DNA of 59,233 nucleotides from a virus (Duplodnaviria; Caudoviricetes): positions 1 to 59,233 of IMG/VR virus record IMGVR_UViG_3300021197_001657. One strand, 5' to 3'. Under the pieces are notes generated by a model, which searched no databases, had not been told where the DNA came from, and saw only the letters and a program-made list of their open reading frames with translations. Shown piece after piece: positions 38,501 through 47,561 of the stretch. Both the position numbers and the translations under genes were made by a program. Position 1 is the stretch's first letter; the number at the start of each line of letters is the position of its first letter.

Positions 38501-41500
38501 TGCTCTTTTGGTTAGTGCGCCATAATCTTTTTGAGCCTGTCTGCTTATTCTTTCTTTATAGGCTTCCTTGGTTTCCCCCTTTTTCTGTCTAAGTGAAACC
38601 TTGCCCTTTAGTCCTAGTCCAGTAATCTTTGCACTTTTCCCCCTACCTCCTGCCCCTGCATCATCCCCTTCATTTTCTTCTGTATCAATATCTTCTACGG
38701 TATCACCTGATTTTTCGTAACCACCTTTCTCAGTGCGAATTTTTTCCCACTCTTCAGGGTTTTTCATGTACTTTTTCGTCAACTCCACACCAGACAACTC
38801 ATGCCCTGGCAGACGTTGAGACCAAGACAAGTCCTCGAAAGGTACCGCTCTATCTAGTTCGTCTTGGAAAGGTAGTGGTTTGGTGGGGTCCTGAACTGGG
38901 ATTGGGCTGAGTATTATATTCATGTGCAACTTTTCAATTGCATTCCTTCTCTCAGGGGTGCCCTTCTCAAGATTGTTAATCTGTGCAACCCTAGCCCTTG
39001 TAACAATGTCCACTCTCTCAGCAAAATCACCAAGAGGATCAGACATTGAGTAGGAAATCATATCCTCAATCCTCCACGGTGAGCCTAGTACAGCCTCTCC
39101 TGGGACGTTGGCAGGAGTCGTTCCCGTCCCACTCTCGTCAATGTTTACAACCCCCCGTTCTGTTCCTCCTTGAAGGTAGGGCTTAGATGGCGATAGTCTT
39201 TTAACGAGCTCCTGCTTTCTCTTGTTTAAAAGAGAAGGCAGTCCACTCCTCCCATTTCCCCTGAACGCATCCAGATATCTATTCTCTACATCCCTGGCTT
39301 CAACCTCTCCAGCGAGTCTGAAGTAGTCAGACTGTCCCATGAGACGTTTCATTTGGTCTGGTGCAAAACCACTGGGAATTTGGTTGCCCATCATTGAACC
39401 AAGAGCGTTCATAGTGTAGGGCTTGAGCATATTTTCAAAAAGTTTATGAACCTTCCCTGCATCTTTTCCTGAGATATTTTTTTCTCTGGACAAAGACTGT
39501 ATCGTTTTCATCATCGCCTTTGACGGTAGCGATACGAGTTCTGAAAACTTCCTGTTTGATGCTTCGCTAGGATCATTAATAAGGTCGGTAACCGAGATAG
39601 TTGTTGTCTTGCTCCATTTCTGGTATGTCTTCGTTGGGTCCTCATCTAGGAACAGACTTCCGTCACTCCATTTCTTTCCAACGAAAGGACTTTTCAGTCC
39701 AAACTTACTGACAGCATCCTTCGCTTTCTTCTGATCATTATTGACAAGATCATTTAATGTGCTGGCAAATCTTTTCTGTATTCTTAATCTCTTACCAGGG
39801 CTAATGGATACCCATAGTCCTTTTGTGCTGTTCCTTATAGCGTTCTTAATCCGATCTTTAGTTATATTTTCTTCTGTAAGTGTACCACCTGAAGAAAATC
39901 CCTCTATTCCCTGTATAATATGTTGAACCTCATGCAGTATGGTGGCAATCAACCTGTGTGGAACTCCATCATGATTGGGATCATTCATCATTTTCATGTG
40001 AATATCTTCTATCCAACCCTGTGTTGTCATGGTCATCCGGTCCATGTCCAATCCCCTCATGGTCTCAGGATCGGGAGGTGCCGTTCCTATGGTCAGGCTA
40101 AGCCCCTTTCCAGTTGGATTGTCATCTGATGGATTCTGTAATGCACTACTGTACCCCATCCTTTCACCCATAAATTCATCGGCAAAGTGAACATACACAT
40201 CCTCAAGCTGTGGATAGTAATCAGCCAGTGCTCCAAGGTCCAGTAGGTCACCCAGTCTCATGTATGGTAAGGACTCTTCTGTCTTTTGTTTCTTAATTTT
40301 ACCCTTCTTGTCCTCCCCAGTAAAGACTTGCTTCCTCGTTGGCAAACTAGGGTCTATAACAGTGTTGTATGTGTCCCTCCACCCCTCATATTTAAAGGGC
40401 ATGGTCTTTAATTTTATCCCTGTGTTGGGGACCTCCACCCTCCACTTGCCGTCTGCCAGTCCGGGGTTGAACCACGCACCCTCCTTTGATCCCTTCTTCT
40501 GTCTGTTTAAATCCCTAGTGAGCATCTTCCCTTTGGGGTTCATCCCATTTCTGGTAATGAACTGTCTCACTCCAACCTCACCAACGAATGAGTAGGATAT
40601 CTCATCCTTGCTTGGTGGGACAACGATAAGTCTGTCGTATAATGGTGCCACCGTTCCCGTGTCTAGTTGAATCGTTCCAACCTGATCTCCAACGAGAATG
40701 TCACCGTAAGTTCTTGGTCTCAGAGATGGCTGATTCTTATCCTTGCCCGTGTTAAATAGCTGAACATCTGTATCAAAGACAATTTGTACAGCGTAAAGGT
40801 GGTCAGAGAAATTACCTGCTTTTGTTGCAGACTGATCGTTCTCCTTGTTGTATTCTACAATCGCACCATTTTCCATGGTAGCGATGTTCTCAGTATTTGT
40901 TTTGACGTTGGGGTTGGTATCCAGGAATTTGAATTTCTTTGTAAGAAGATTGGTCATGATTGCAGACCCAGTGGATATTCTCTTTCCGTTGACCTTCCTC
41001 TGTCCCTTTTTAGGTTTGTTGTCTGCCAGATTTTTAATTTTAGAAACGGCTCCAGATACACCAAAGCTGGCTCGACTTCCAGGAAAATCAGTATCAATCT
41101 CTCCAAATGGGACAATGGTATTTGTCATGTCTGGATCGGAATCCTTGACAGGGAATCCCCTGCTTACATCAATAAACTTCCCACCTTTTCGGTAGACTGG
41201 AGTATCTTCTGGGTCCAGCCTGTTTGCCCACTTCTGTTCTGCGTAGCCACCAGGAAATGCTTTCGGTGGCATGGGAAATATGGGCTTTAGTTTTTGATCC
41301 GGGAAGTATGTGGTGGACTCACTAATATCCTGCTCCCTCATCCCCCTCTGTACCTCTGCCGTGGTCCTCGCCCACTTGGGAACATCGTCAACCAGTTCTT
41401 TCCACTTTGCTCCGTTAGCCTCGTACCCCTTTGGTGGTTGTGTAAGGGCCCACTTGTCCCTGTCCCTCCATGCAGCCCCTTTCTTTTTCTTTAGGTAAGC

Positions 41501-44470
41501 CTCTCTCCCACTTGCTAGTATAGCATTAGCAAGTTTTTGTTCTGGTTCTCTAAGCCCAGACTTTAAGGACTTGCGAAACCCTTCTTGAAACTCTTTTGGA
41601 AATTTATCGAAGTTCATTAAGTCTTCAACCAAACGCTCAGGCCAAGCCTTACCCTTCATTGAGGCCAAAAGACTGGCATCTACATACCGTTCCGCATCTT
41701 TAGCAGTTTTCTTAGGAGCCCTTGCTGTGTCAAACTTTGGTCTATCGTACTGTTTGAGTGGGGGCTTTCCTCCGAGTGAGACGAACCTGTCAAAGTCACT
41801 CGGTCTTCTACCACGGGATTCTGATACTTCTTCCTGCTCTCCCTTTGGGGCTGTCTCTTCTTCTTCAGGTTGTACCTGTGAGACCTTTGGTTTGGATAGT
41901 TTCTTTCCTGAAATGATACTGCGGTTATTGGGGATATACTCATCCTGTAGTTCGTTTAATACGTTGATTAAATCCCGATCAGTAACATTGTTAAATCCTG
42001 GTATCCCTTTAAATCTTTTCCTTATTGATGCTATGAGCTTGTCGATAGCCCACTCTTTTTGTATGCCGTACTCCGCATAGTTTCTTGCGATGTACTCTTC
42101 TGTTTGCTTGAAGCTAGGTTCACCATCGGCTAGTTGTTCCCAGCTATATTTTTCGTTTACATAGGGATTACCAAGTGGCCCTTCCAGCCATGCTAGGATA
42201 TCCTTTTTGGCAGTTTTCTTGTACCCATTTATCATATCAATGTAGTCAGGAGAAAATGCCTGACCAGACTTACCGCCCTTCTTGACTCTCAGGCCAAGGT
42301 GTCCAAAGGCCTCATGAAATACAACCTGAACCATTCGTTTGATTGCATCGCTCTGTGTCTCTCCATAAATTGCCTCTGGAGCAATAACAATTTCGTCAAC
42401 TCCACGGACATATCCCTCACCAAACAGAAGTGTTTTAAGCCTCTCTACCTCTCTAACTTTTTCTTCAAGGGGGTCTGTAGACTTTTCAAATTTAGGTCCG
42501 TATTGTCCATCAAGCATTGCATCATATCTTTCCTGCCTAGACATGGCGGTCATCTTGACTCCAAGGCCAGAAAAGAATTTAGATACAGTTTTTAGTGCTG
42601 CCTTACCAACATTGTTGCTCAATGATTTTAAAACCCTGCCATCCTCCGTTGTATATTGGTTTTGATCTCTTATGTCCTGATACTTCTCAAGCTGTATATC
42701 TAACTTGTCTTCTTCTGAAAGCTCTTGAGTATCTTGATCTATGTCATCAACGACAGAATCAATAACAGGATTTGTATTCTCGCTATAGCTGACTCCATCA
42801 ACCAAATCCTCCGCAGTCCTAAGAAAGTTCTTGCGGTCTCCTCTTCTTCTGATCTCCTGTTTATTTCTTTCTACATTTACATTGTCTTCCGCAGTTCTGA
42901 GGGGTTCTTTTTCTAGGCGATCAACTTCCTCCTGAAGATCAGTCGTGCCCCTGTCAGCCAAGGCATCTACATCTTTATCGACAGTCTCCGGGATAGGACT
43001 CAAATCAGTTGTAATTTTAATCCTGACCTTTGGTAACCCTGTGACAACATCCTCTTCAAATATAATGTCGTTTTCTGTGTACTGACCTGAAGCAATAAGT
43101 TCCTCGGCCTCCTTTAAAGCAGAGTCCGTTGCCTCCTTGTAGTCCTTTTCTTTCTTTACAAGGTTGTCGTAGTCCTGCTGATCCTGCTTTCTTCTAGCCT
43201 CTTCCCTCTGTAATTTTATTTTTTCTAACGTAACTGCAAGATTGGCCCTCTTTTGAGTCAGATCAATCTGATCCTTCTCCTCCTGTATTGCCGCTTTCTC
43301 CCCCTCTTTAATCGCAGCTTCGCTTACTTTTTCTTGTAGTTCATCGTTGATTGTAGCCGGAGTATCTACCCTGTGATCCCTCTTCAACTTGTAGGCAACG
43401 GCAGTCTCTGCGACAGCAGGAGCACCTCCCATCACGACCTCGTTTACAAACGCACCCCATGCGGTCTCGAAGTTTGTCGGACCCATTTCACGGATCTTTT
43501 GTCTAAATGCCTCTGCCTGTGGTTCATCTAGCCCAGCATCAATTAAATTTTGCTTTACCTCGTAGGCATACACCTGTTCATCCATGACCTCAGCAGCAGT
43601 ACCACCGAGAACATCCATGCCGTATCTAGCGGCTACCTGCTTGACTGCACCCCATCCCTTGATCCAAGGTAGAAAGAGGTTGCTCGGAATTTCAAGAACA
43701 CCTGATGTGTAGGACCTCGTGAGACCAACGTCTCCAGCAATCTCAGATGCCATGTCTCGCATCTTAACCTGATCCTCTTGAGACAACTCTGTATAATCAA
43801 CACCCTGTTGTACTCCAATGGCTTCACGAATAACATCGTCTTCTAGTACCCTATTATAGGTTCCACCAGTGACGACTGCCGTGCTACCAACCGATGCACC
43901 TAGAGTACCACCAACCACTACACCAGTTGGTCCCTGTGTTACCCCACCTAGTACCGCACCAGCAATACCTGTTACTGTTGGAAAGAAAGACTCCAGTACC
44001 CCCTCTCCCATTTGACCAACGGTGGGTGTTGACTCTGGTAGCATTTCATACAGGCCACCAATGAAACCACCCTCACGAACATAATCCTCGTAGGTAGCCG
44101 CAGGTTTCTCAGTTGTCTTAACTTGTTGAAGGTCTTGTGCTATGTCGGTCATGGTCTCTTTGCCATAACCTTCTGGTAGGGCGGTTGCCGCCAGTCCTGC
44201 GCCTGTCTCTTTAAGGCCGACAAAGGACTTGTATAAAGTCTCGCCAGCACTAGCGTATGGGGTTTCGTCTGGGTCTGGTGGGGGTTCTGGTTGGGCCTCT
44301 ATTTCTAAACGATCTTCAGCTTGAATCTGTTCAAGAAATTCCTCTTTGAGAAAATTTCTACCATTTCTGCTTACAAATTGTTCATCACTATACCTATCAA
44401 TTGCATCTCTGGTAGACTCTCCAGGTTTTCTTTTTCTTTTGAGCCATTCATCAAATGAAATATCGACCAT
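32543..44470 (-). CDS. Giant polyvalent virion protein (3975 aa): zincin-like motifs, LPD23-like and C-terminal LPD38-like regions
   Basis: HEAFGH; DGKWRVEV + LHEVQH + YFRLAGEVEAR; AEKWLFDYS; Gly-rich hydrophobic N-terminal segment; last of the internal virion cluster. Confidence 0.75.
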   Translation of the reverse strand: MVDISFDEWLKRKRKPGESTRDAIDRYSDEQFVSRNGRNFLKEEFLEQIQAEDRLEIEAQPEPPPDPDETPYASAGETLYKSFVGLKETGAGLAATALPEGYGKETMTDIAQDLQQVKTTEKPAATYEDYVREGGFIGGLYEMLPESTPTVGQMGEGVLESFFPTVTGIAGAVLGGVTQGPTGVVVGGTLGASVGSTAVVTGGTYNRVLEDDVIREAIGVQQGVDYTELSQEDQVKMRDMASEIAGDVGLTRSYTSGVLEIPSNLFLPWIKGWGAVKQVAARYGMDVLGGTAAEVMDEQVYAYEVKQNLIDAGLDEPQAEAFRQKIREMGPTNFETAWGAFVNEVVMGGAPAVAETAVAYKLKRDHRVDTPATINDELQEKVSEAAIKEGEKAAIQEEKDQIDLTQKRANLAVTLEKIKLQREEARRKQDQQDYDNLVKKEKDYKEATDSALKEAEELIASGQYTENDIIFEEDVVTGLPKVRIKITTDLSPIPETVDKDVDALADRGTTDLQEEVDRLEKEPLRTAEDNVNVERNKQEIRRRGDRKNFLRTAEDLVDGVSYSENTNPVIDSVVDDIDQDTQELSEEDKLDIQLEKYQDIRDQNQYTTEDGRVLKSLSNNVGKAALKTVSKFFSGLGVKMTAMSRQERYDAMLDGQYGPKFEKSTDPLEEKVREVERLKTLLFGEGYVRGVDEIVIAPEAIYGETQSDAIKRMVQVVFHEAFGHLGLRVKKGGKSGQAFSPDYIDMINGYKKTAKKDILAWLEGPLGNPYVNEKYSWEQLADGEPSFKQTEEYIARNYAEYGIQKEWAIDKLIASIRKRFKGIPGFNNVTDRDLINVLNELQDEYIPNNRSIISGKKLSKPKVSQVQPEEEETAPKGEQEEVSESRGRRPSDFDRFVSLGGKPPLKQYDRPKFDTARAPKKTAKDAERYVDASLLASMKGKAWPERLVEDLMNFDKFPKEFQEGFRKSLKSGLREPEQKLANAILASGREAYLKKKKGAAWRDRDKWALTQPPKGYEANGAKWKELVDDVPKWARTTAEVQRGMREQDISESTTYFPDQKLKPIFPMPPKAFPGGYAEQKWANRLDPEDTPVYRKGGKFIDVSRGFPVKDSDPDMTNTIVPFGEIDTDFPGSRASFGVSGAVSKIKNLADNKPKKGQRKVNGKRISTGSAIMTNLLTKKFKFLDTNPNVKTNTENIATMENGAIVEYNKENDQSATKAGNFSDHLYAVQIVFDTDVQLFNTGKDKNQPSLRPRTYGDILVGDQVGTIQLDTGTVAPLYDRLIVVPPSKDEISYSFVGEVGVRQFITRNGMNPKGKMLTRDLNRQKKGSKEGAWFNPGLADGKWRVEVPNTGIKLKTMPFKYEGWRDTYNTVIDPSLPTRKQVFTGEDKKGKIKKQKTEESLPYMRLGDLLDLGALADYYPQLEDVYVHFADEFMGERMGYSSALQNPSDDNPTGKGLSLTIGTAPPDPETMRGLDMDRMTMTTQGWIEDIHMKMMNDPNHDGVPHRLIATILHEVQHIIQGIEGFSSGGTLTEENITKDRIKNAIRNSTKGLWVSISPGKRLRIQKRFASTLNDLVNNDQKKAKDAVSKFGLKSPFVGKKWSDGSLFLDEDPTKTYQKWSKTTTISVTDLINDPSEASNRKFSELVSLPSKAMMKTIQSLSREKNISGKDAGKVHKLFENMLKPYTMNALGSMMGNQIPSGFAPDQMKRLMGQSDYFRLAGEVEARDVENRYLDAFRGNGRSGLPSLLNKRKQELVKRLSPSKPYLQGGTERGVVNIDESGTGTTPANVPGEAVLGSPWRIEDMISYSMSDPLGDFAERVDIVTRARVAQINNLEKGTPERRNAIEKLHMNIILSPIPVQDPTKPLPFQDELDRAVPFEDLSWSQRLPGHELSGVELTKKYMKNPEEWEKIRTEKGGYEKSGDTVEDIDTEENEGDDAGAGGRGKSAKITGLGLKGKVSLRQKKGETKEAYKERISRQAQKDYGALTKRAARLLYLGKIWTNWQMIRDMFGLNPGGRGRDAVPYLGHIISFMKMQREKLMRGEMTPRDIAKSVVMTLASQGADANNPWTVWNFTGGVKKAKPAKKGTKLANLTTYVEYMNGADWVKGTSKYLEANIGQKELNGEINENKVAQWYSKAPLWVVNVPWNGQGPSKGLRKKRGVNEYVEKFDTQYEAISDGVIYPKTVSWEEASTTPAYDSKGEPIEGRFQYSGGKPQFVKVGSDWMLQVDGKNYHGMGHYNSQLSHNRYENNILKVKIPELKTQIKKYQNDIKLNEKKLKDKFAGKKPEYTQKGELKAEYTAPRIEVAKKKIKEKTIPKIEGYIKKRETEIASLRKKIKESQGEADKSGKKKQLAEMPLWYRDPQNQIEPNEKTGALWVPQEYATTGGKPRMEDAVAYYFSTDEGQMLLDNIEKGEFDLKEWRKLANVRMAFGDDRLNQLLKPSQRDKDGNLVKVGLRDLAEYTKGFNEIVKKYVGDADPKSLQGDDKETVKLRLEMAAELGDYAQKLYGIAEAKQAFFKHFLGLGDAPTIDAIELNTHIAGSPATDLATSPLTGKPVANTWRVDLKWWSLNLQGKDISGIDGLGKKGKADDKTFFGHYRKVIQDAFDNIKRDVDARDPSIFEDVPPDYFYHVMHHWLWDVGKALTRADAVMGESTERFRPAAYEAMWRDANQQVLAYFRNDPIEATMVDWEPGHNQPDAVAEISEGDVELLEDISESVSLASMKGKLVQRSQSDRFATGFYVAKDQTSNIWPDTYQGKKGYWMRGGMGYPLLEDNRKARAAWAADDISIVKNVRDLQAMGADHVITVVGAPDMHFSNKAYFSIFWRETQDMVSKDPKKKQALINRIDSIMLNPTNKNLLPVVKALKEAQSQNPGKDSWELLKMVGPTLTFGDRKPIVVALGGAFGIKKPTTPIVAFPNNTLWEDTTAFKEVAVGTPVGIIKLDPMGNQKMSQRAKDLGIPPHEAYEFVFKGEVIGSWIGQQGGVPFDNKQFRQLFKDYEKRIIKKFQYKPGSLDISAGAKYMFGKAKLPFKIPGAEIKKLEKNMDAPATPVSFSMAVNTLTTDPRLQADFNNAQLRQADWATSQSIFTRPLDQDKELPGGRKLSGFVTRFMEPFGKIEKPELLRNIRRRTRGTILRIEEVGSRLYKALYKSKNPKEIYDYLTKGGDLSTIPDMKERMAAKEVKAVIRQSGEDLVKKGLLPESALKKHDGGYLPTLYLQYLLDDNDRYAIQRGQSNKVSNMDYLKRRSDIDKGLQKFLKGKVEDPAFLASKAILQPGRDMALLDMFEEIVNTSAENNFNWVLPESIVDFDFIAEINKLTGANSNIASELKKDLTGLSEEREDIENYIQELNQDIKKEREVLRAKDRIQSKELSDLIRERMSMKDRLKLIKPRKMSAFGLKAEADRIFKTIYPVLKETNKDEAKVVADLSTEMNRVADDALDRIVMPNDYRKIPDNARYGKLRGMIVQREIYDDLVGSMRMTKPDNVAEAIIGDTGALGKANRLFKWSKVTANFPAAWVRNFSSNLVFMNIGGMNMAKIPYYLNKASMEMIKTWKEAKKEAEAKALGRDYTKQKTMYDEVKDFGLTGSTFAAVELGRIEKEYENFLNRTQRKGSPFKAFWIAKEFLNTAQEWTSDKYGMVDALGKTMLYMNNIDKGMDPATAADEAEKWLFDYSLVKPSVKTLRTAVVGAPFITYTSKVFPLLVETALTKPWRFAPYIALPYAMAEMFKDTHDLEEEEYDALIESLQEYMREKKYAGNIMPLPYLDEFGRPQFLDLAYLYPWGMFTEIASESMSDDPLAIIQTLGLLGGPTASIIAAVSTGTDGFTRRPVANPLDSPTQRAVSWIKYISNLMMPPFLHSDFGALNRLKQTMRGETNRYGEPMKSITQGVLQTIGFNISPVEPESQRGRNARYMQSEILKTMGYAKRTLRDMTRMGKPAEEIKEKNKYFKELIESRKNKLMDYIKRSKFPTNKLKKKSE

Positions 44471-47400
44471 TATTTAATTAGACTGCGGAGGTTTTCTATA
44501 TTTTTTGATGCCCTATTCTGAACCTGCTGTTTATAATATTTAGAATCCTCTATATGATAAATCATAGCCTGTATGTTTTCTGGGGAGGGGTCATTTTGAT
44601 ACTCTATAATTGAAGCCCTTAGATTTTCAAAAGGATCATTTTCCCTTGTTAAAAATTCAGGACCTATATTATATGACATATCAAATAAAACTTCACGAAG
44701 TTGTGTGGGCAACCCAGGCCATTGTATTTTGTCTTCCTCTTTTTTAGCGAACTTGTCGTTTGATTTTATTAGAGTTCTTATATGATTAGCATACCTGTGC
44801 TTCATCAATGCTTCAGCCTGATTCTCTGTGATTGAGTATTTATCACCCTGTAGTTTTTTAGCATGTGCTCTGGTTGGTGCCTTGAGGAACTCATTGGGGT
44901 TCCCCTTGAACCCGTTGATTCTCAAGACCTGAACCTCTTTCTTGTTAAGAGGTAGCCTGATACCATGACCGATGTGATATACGGGCTTACCGTTAGACAG
45001 TACGGGTCTCTTTCTCTCGCCTTTTTTCTTCTCAAAAAATTCCTGATCGGCATTAGGTTTAAACTTCCCCTCAAATTTTAGTGTTCTAAAATAGGCATTA
45101 ATATTATCAATCCCCCTTTTACCATCAGTAAAATTGCCAAAGGTAAATTGTTCGTTGAGTGGATCTTTGAGAATCATTTCACTTATGGGGGGGCCTAGTT
45201 CTGACAGGTTCAGTTCTGCGGCTTGTAGTCCACTTGCAGTATTTTGGTCTTCTGAATCCTCTGCTATGTTTTCTACATTTAAACCTCTAGCTCTCGCCCT
45301 TTTTGGATTACCTCCTCCACGGTTAGTTCCAATGCCTAAGTCTTCAAAAAATTCCTTATTGCCATAGACATTAGAACGGGATTCTACGTTCTCATTTTTA
45401 CTCGCCACGTTTTTGGGAAGGTTACTTTCGAGAAACCCTGTTGCTTCAAGTGGGTTTCCTCTCCGTTGGTAATTCTTACTCTCGACACTTCCTGATGGGA
45501 CACTTTCTGATGGGACACTTTCTGATGGGACACTTCCTGCTCCTTTTCCTCCAGTGCCAATATCTTTCCCACTTTCTCGAAGTCCTTTTCTCCCGACAAT
45601 ACCCTCATATTTACTGTGGAAGTTGTTAAATCTTTGGTCCAAAGCCCTATTAAAAACAAGATCGTTAACAGCAGATAAATATTCTGTTTCATTTGTAAAT
45701 CCATTTTTAGGTTTAACCGCCTCCATGCTTTTACGCAATGAACTGTCTGTTATAAAGCTCAAATCGGTTACAGGCTGATTTGATCTTAGTGTTCCATCCT
45801 TTTCAACACCAGGCAACTTCTCCCACATGGGAACCCCAGCATTATTAAAATATGGAAGCATTTTTGTCTTCTGGTCAACGAGCATTCCTCCTGGATTCCC
45901 ATACTTTAATACTGACATGGCCGATGATACTTTCGATCTTTCTTCCCAATACTTTCCCATAAAAGAGGCAATGTTTTTACCATCTTTATCGGCAACTCCT
46001 ATGTATGGAAGCATGTCGATCTGACCCCCATTTAATTTCATAAATTGTTTCGCAGCCTCTTCTTTATTGACTTTGAAATTTGGAATATTTTCCAGTCCAG
46101 CTTCCTTAAAAGCAGCCTTTGCAGCATCTATGTCACCATCTTTAAGAGCCTCCTTGCCAATATCCACCCAGGCCTTCTGTTCGTCTGTAAACTTTTTACC
46201 AAGTTTTTCACGTTTTACAACGAGCTCAGCTATTTTATATTGAGTGTCTTCTAGCTTTAACTCTTTTTCTAATCCCTCAAGTTTTTTCTCATCTTCTGTT
46301 AGTTCAGGAATATCCATGGGGTCAACGAGACCGTTCCTTATCATGAAATTCTGACGAGGCTTCCCTACCAGTAGCTGGGCGGTCTTAAACATGTCCTCCC
46401 TGTCTTCCTGTTTCTGAAACTCTGCCTGAAGCCTGTCGAGATTGATAAGCTGATTGGTTGATGTGTCTCGGAAATAATTGCCTACCTGTTCCTTGACCGC
46501 CTTCCGTTCTTCAGGATCGGTGATACCTTCTTCGTCAAGCTGTTCTGCTATGTCGGTCGCATTGATTGTTATTTCTTCAAGCCTTGCTTTCTTGTTGGTT
46601 GGTTTTAAATCCTCCTGGTACAAACCTTCCATCCTATTTTTTTCAGCAAACTCACCATCCTCAACCTCTGGTGCTGTTAGTGCTCTTTGCCTGTTGATTT
46701 CTGATTGTGTGCCCCGGCCCATGGCTGCCCTTTGAGCTTTCTCAATCTCTTCAGAAAGGCCTACCTGGGATTTAATTCTTTGCTCGTATTGTTTTGATGT
46801 GGTCTCTGGAAAGTTTCCAAAGTCATTACTTCTCCTAGACTGACGAGTGGCGATGTTAGAAAGAAGCCCCTCTTTAATCTGGTCAGAACTCCTATCATCG
46901 AGTGCCCCCATGTTGTCAGTTGTGCGTGACTCTATAGTATTTTGTTCTCCAACTTGCTTATTTATGTTCCTCTGTAATTTTTCAATTTCTGCTATCCCTT
47001 TTTCTTTATCAATGAGAGCATCGTAATCAACAAAATTAAATACACCCCCTTGTGGCCTAATATCGTCTGGGTCAAACTTACGGGTTCTTACATTAGACAA
47101 GGGGCCCATTGCTGCTTGCTCTTGACTAGGGACATCAAGCCTTTCGTCGGCTTCTCTTACGGCTTCTTGTTGTAATTTCTTTTTCCGATCTTCTCTTCGT
47201 TTGGCATCTTCTTTATCCCATATTCTTCTAGCAACAGTTCCTTCTTTAGGTGGAAAATCCGTATCAAAGTCTGGGTTGTTTCTGTAATAACTTTTCAACG
47301 CCATGTTACCTGAAGGGTCTTCTAGGGTCATTAATTTTTCGTAGGGATAGTTCGGAATATTTGCGTACATTTTTTCTTCCGCAACTTTCTGAGCATCCAT

Positions 47401-47559
47401 AGCTTTTTGGATAATTCTATCTCTCATTTCACTACGGGCTAATTTCTTAGCACCTGGAGATACTGTAGGAACATCCTTACGTTTGTTCTTCCTTCTATCT
47501 CTTACAAACTTTTCGTACTCTTCCTGTCTTTTCTTTTCGTATGCGGTGAGTTCAGCCAT
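44470..47559 (-). CDS. Internal virion protein with C-terminal lysozyme-like (GH24/T4L-type) domain
   Basis: HIGHG..ITENQAEAL..VLFDMSYNIG..DSKYYKQ..NRA. Confidence 0.7.
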   Translation of the reverse strand: MAELTAYEKKRQEEYEKFVRDRRKNKRKDVPTVSPGAKKLARSEMRDRIIQKAMDAQKVAEEKMYANIPNYPYEKLMTLEDPSGNMALKSYYRNNPDFDTDFPPKEGTVARRIWDKEDAKRREDRKKKLQQEAVREADERLDVPSQEQAAMGPLSNVRTRKFDPDDIRPQGGVFNFVDYDALIDKEKGIAEIEKLQRNINKQVGEQNTIESRTTDNMGALDDRSSDQIKEGLLSNIATRQSRRSNDFGNFPETTSKQYEQRIKSQVGLSEEIEKAQRAAMGRGTQSEINRQRALTAPEVEDGEFAEKNRMEGLYQEDLKPTNKKARLEEITINATDIAEQLDEEGITDPEERKAVKEQVGNYFRDTSTNQLINLDRLQAEFQKQEDREDMFKTAQLLVGKPRQNFMIRNGLVDPMDIPELTEDEKKLEGLEKELKLEDTQYKIAELVVKREKLGKKFTDEQKAWVDIGKEALKDGDIDAAKAAFKEAGLENIPNFKVNKEEAAKQFMKLNGGQIDMLPYIGVADKDGKNIASFMGKYWEERSKVSSAMSVLKYGNPGGMLVDQKTKMLPYFNNAGVPMWEKLPGVEKDGTLRSNQPVTDLSFITDSSLRKSMEAVKPKNGFTNETEYLSAVNDLVFNRALDQRFNNFHSKYEGIVGRKGLRESGKDIGTGGKGAGSVPSESVPSESVPSGSVESKNYQRRGNPLEATGFLESNLPKNVASKNENVESRSNVYGNKEFFEDLGIGTNRGGGNPKRARARGLNVENIAEDSEDQNTASGLQAAELNLSELGPPISEMILKDPLNEQFTFGNFTDGKRGIDNINAYFRTLKFEGKFKPNADQEFFEKKKGERKRPVLSNGKPVYHIGHGIRLPLNKKEVQVLRINGFKGNPNEFLKAPTRAHAKKLQGDKYSITENQAEALMKHRYANHIRTLIKSNDKFAKKEEDKIQWPGLPTQLREVLFDMSYNIGPEFLTRENDPFENLRASIIEYQNDPSPENIQAMIYHIEDSKYYKQQVQNRASKNIENLRSLIK
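45484..45539. repeat. 15-bp tandem repeat, about 3.7 copies (encodes SVPSE/SVPSG linker)
   Basis: GACACTTYCTGATGG repeated. Confidence 0.9.
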
Positions 47560-47561
47560 TA

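Noticed and set aside
32543-44470. N4-type virion RNA polymerase, suggested by gene size and the N4-gp56 capsid
   Set aside because: No single-subunit RNAP motifs or DxDGD motif recognised; the motifs found are zincin/LPD types. An HMM search would be needed to exclude it fully.
33540-46735. Numerous plus-strand ORFs of 60-170 aa
   Set aside because: Antisense shadows of long minus-strand genes, without RBS or recognisable motifs; the same applies to shadow ORFs elsewhere in the window
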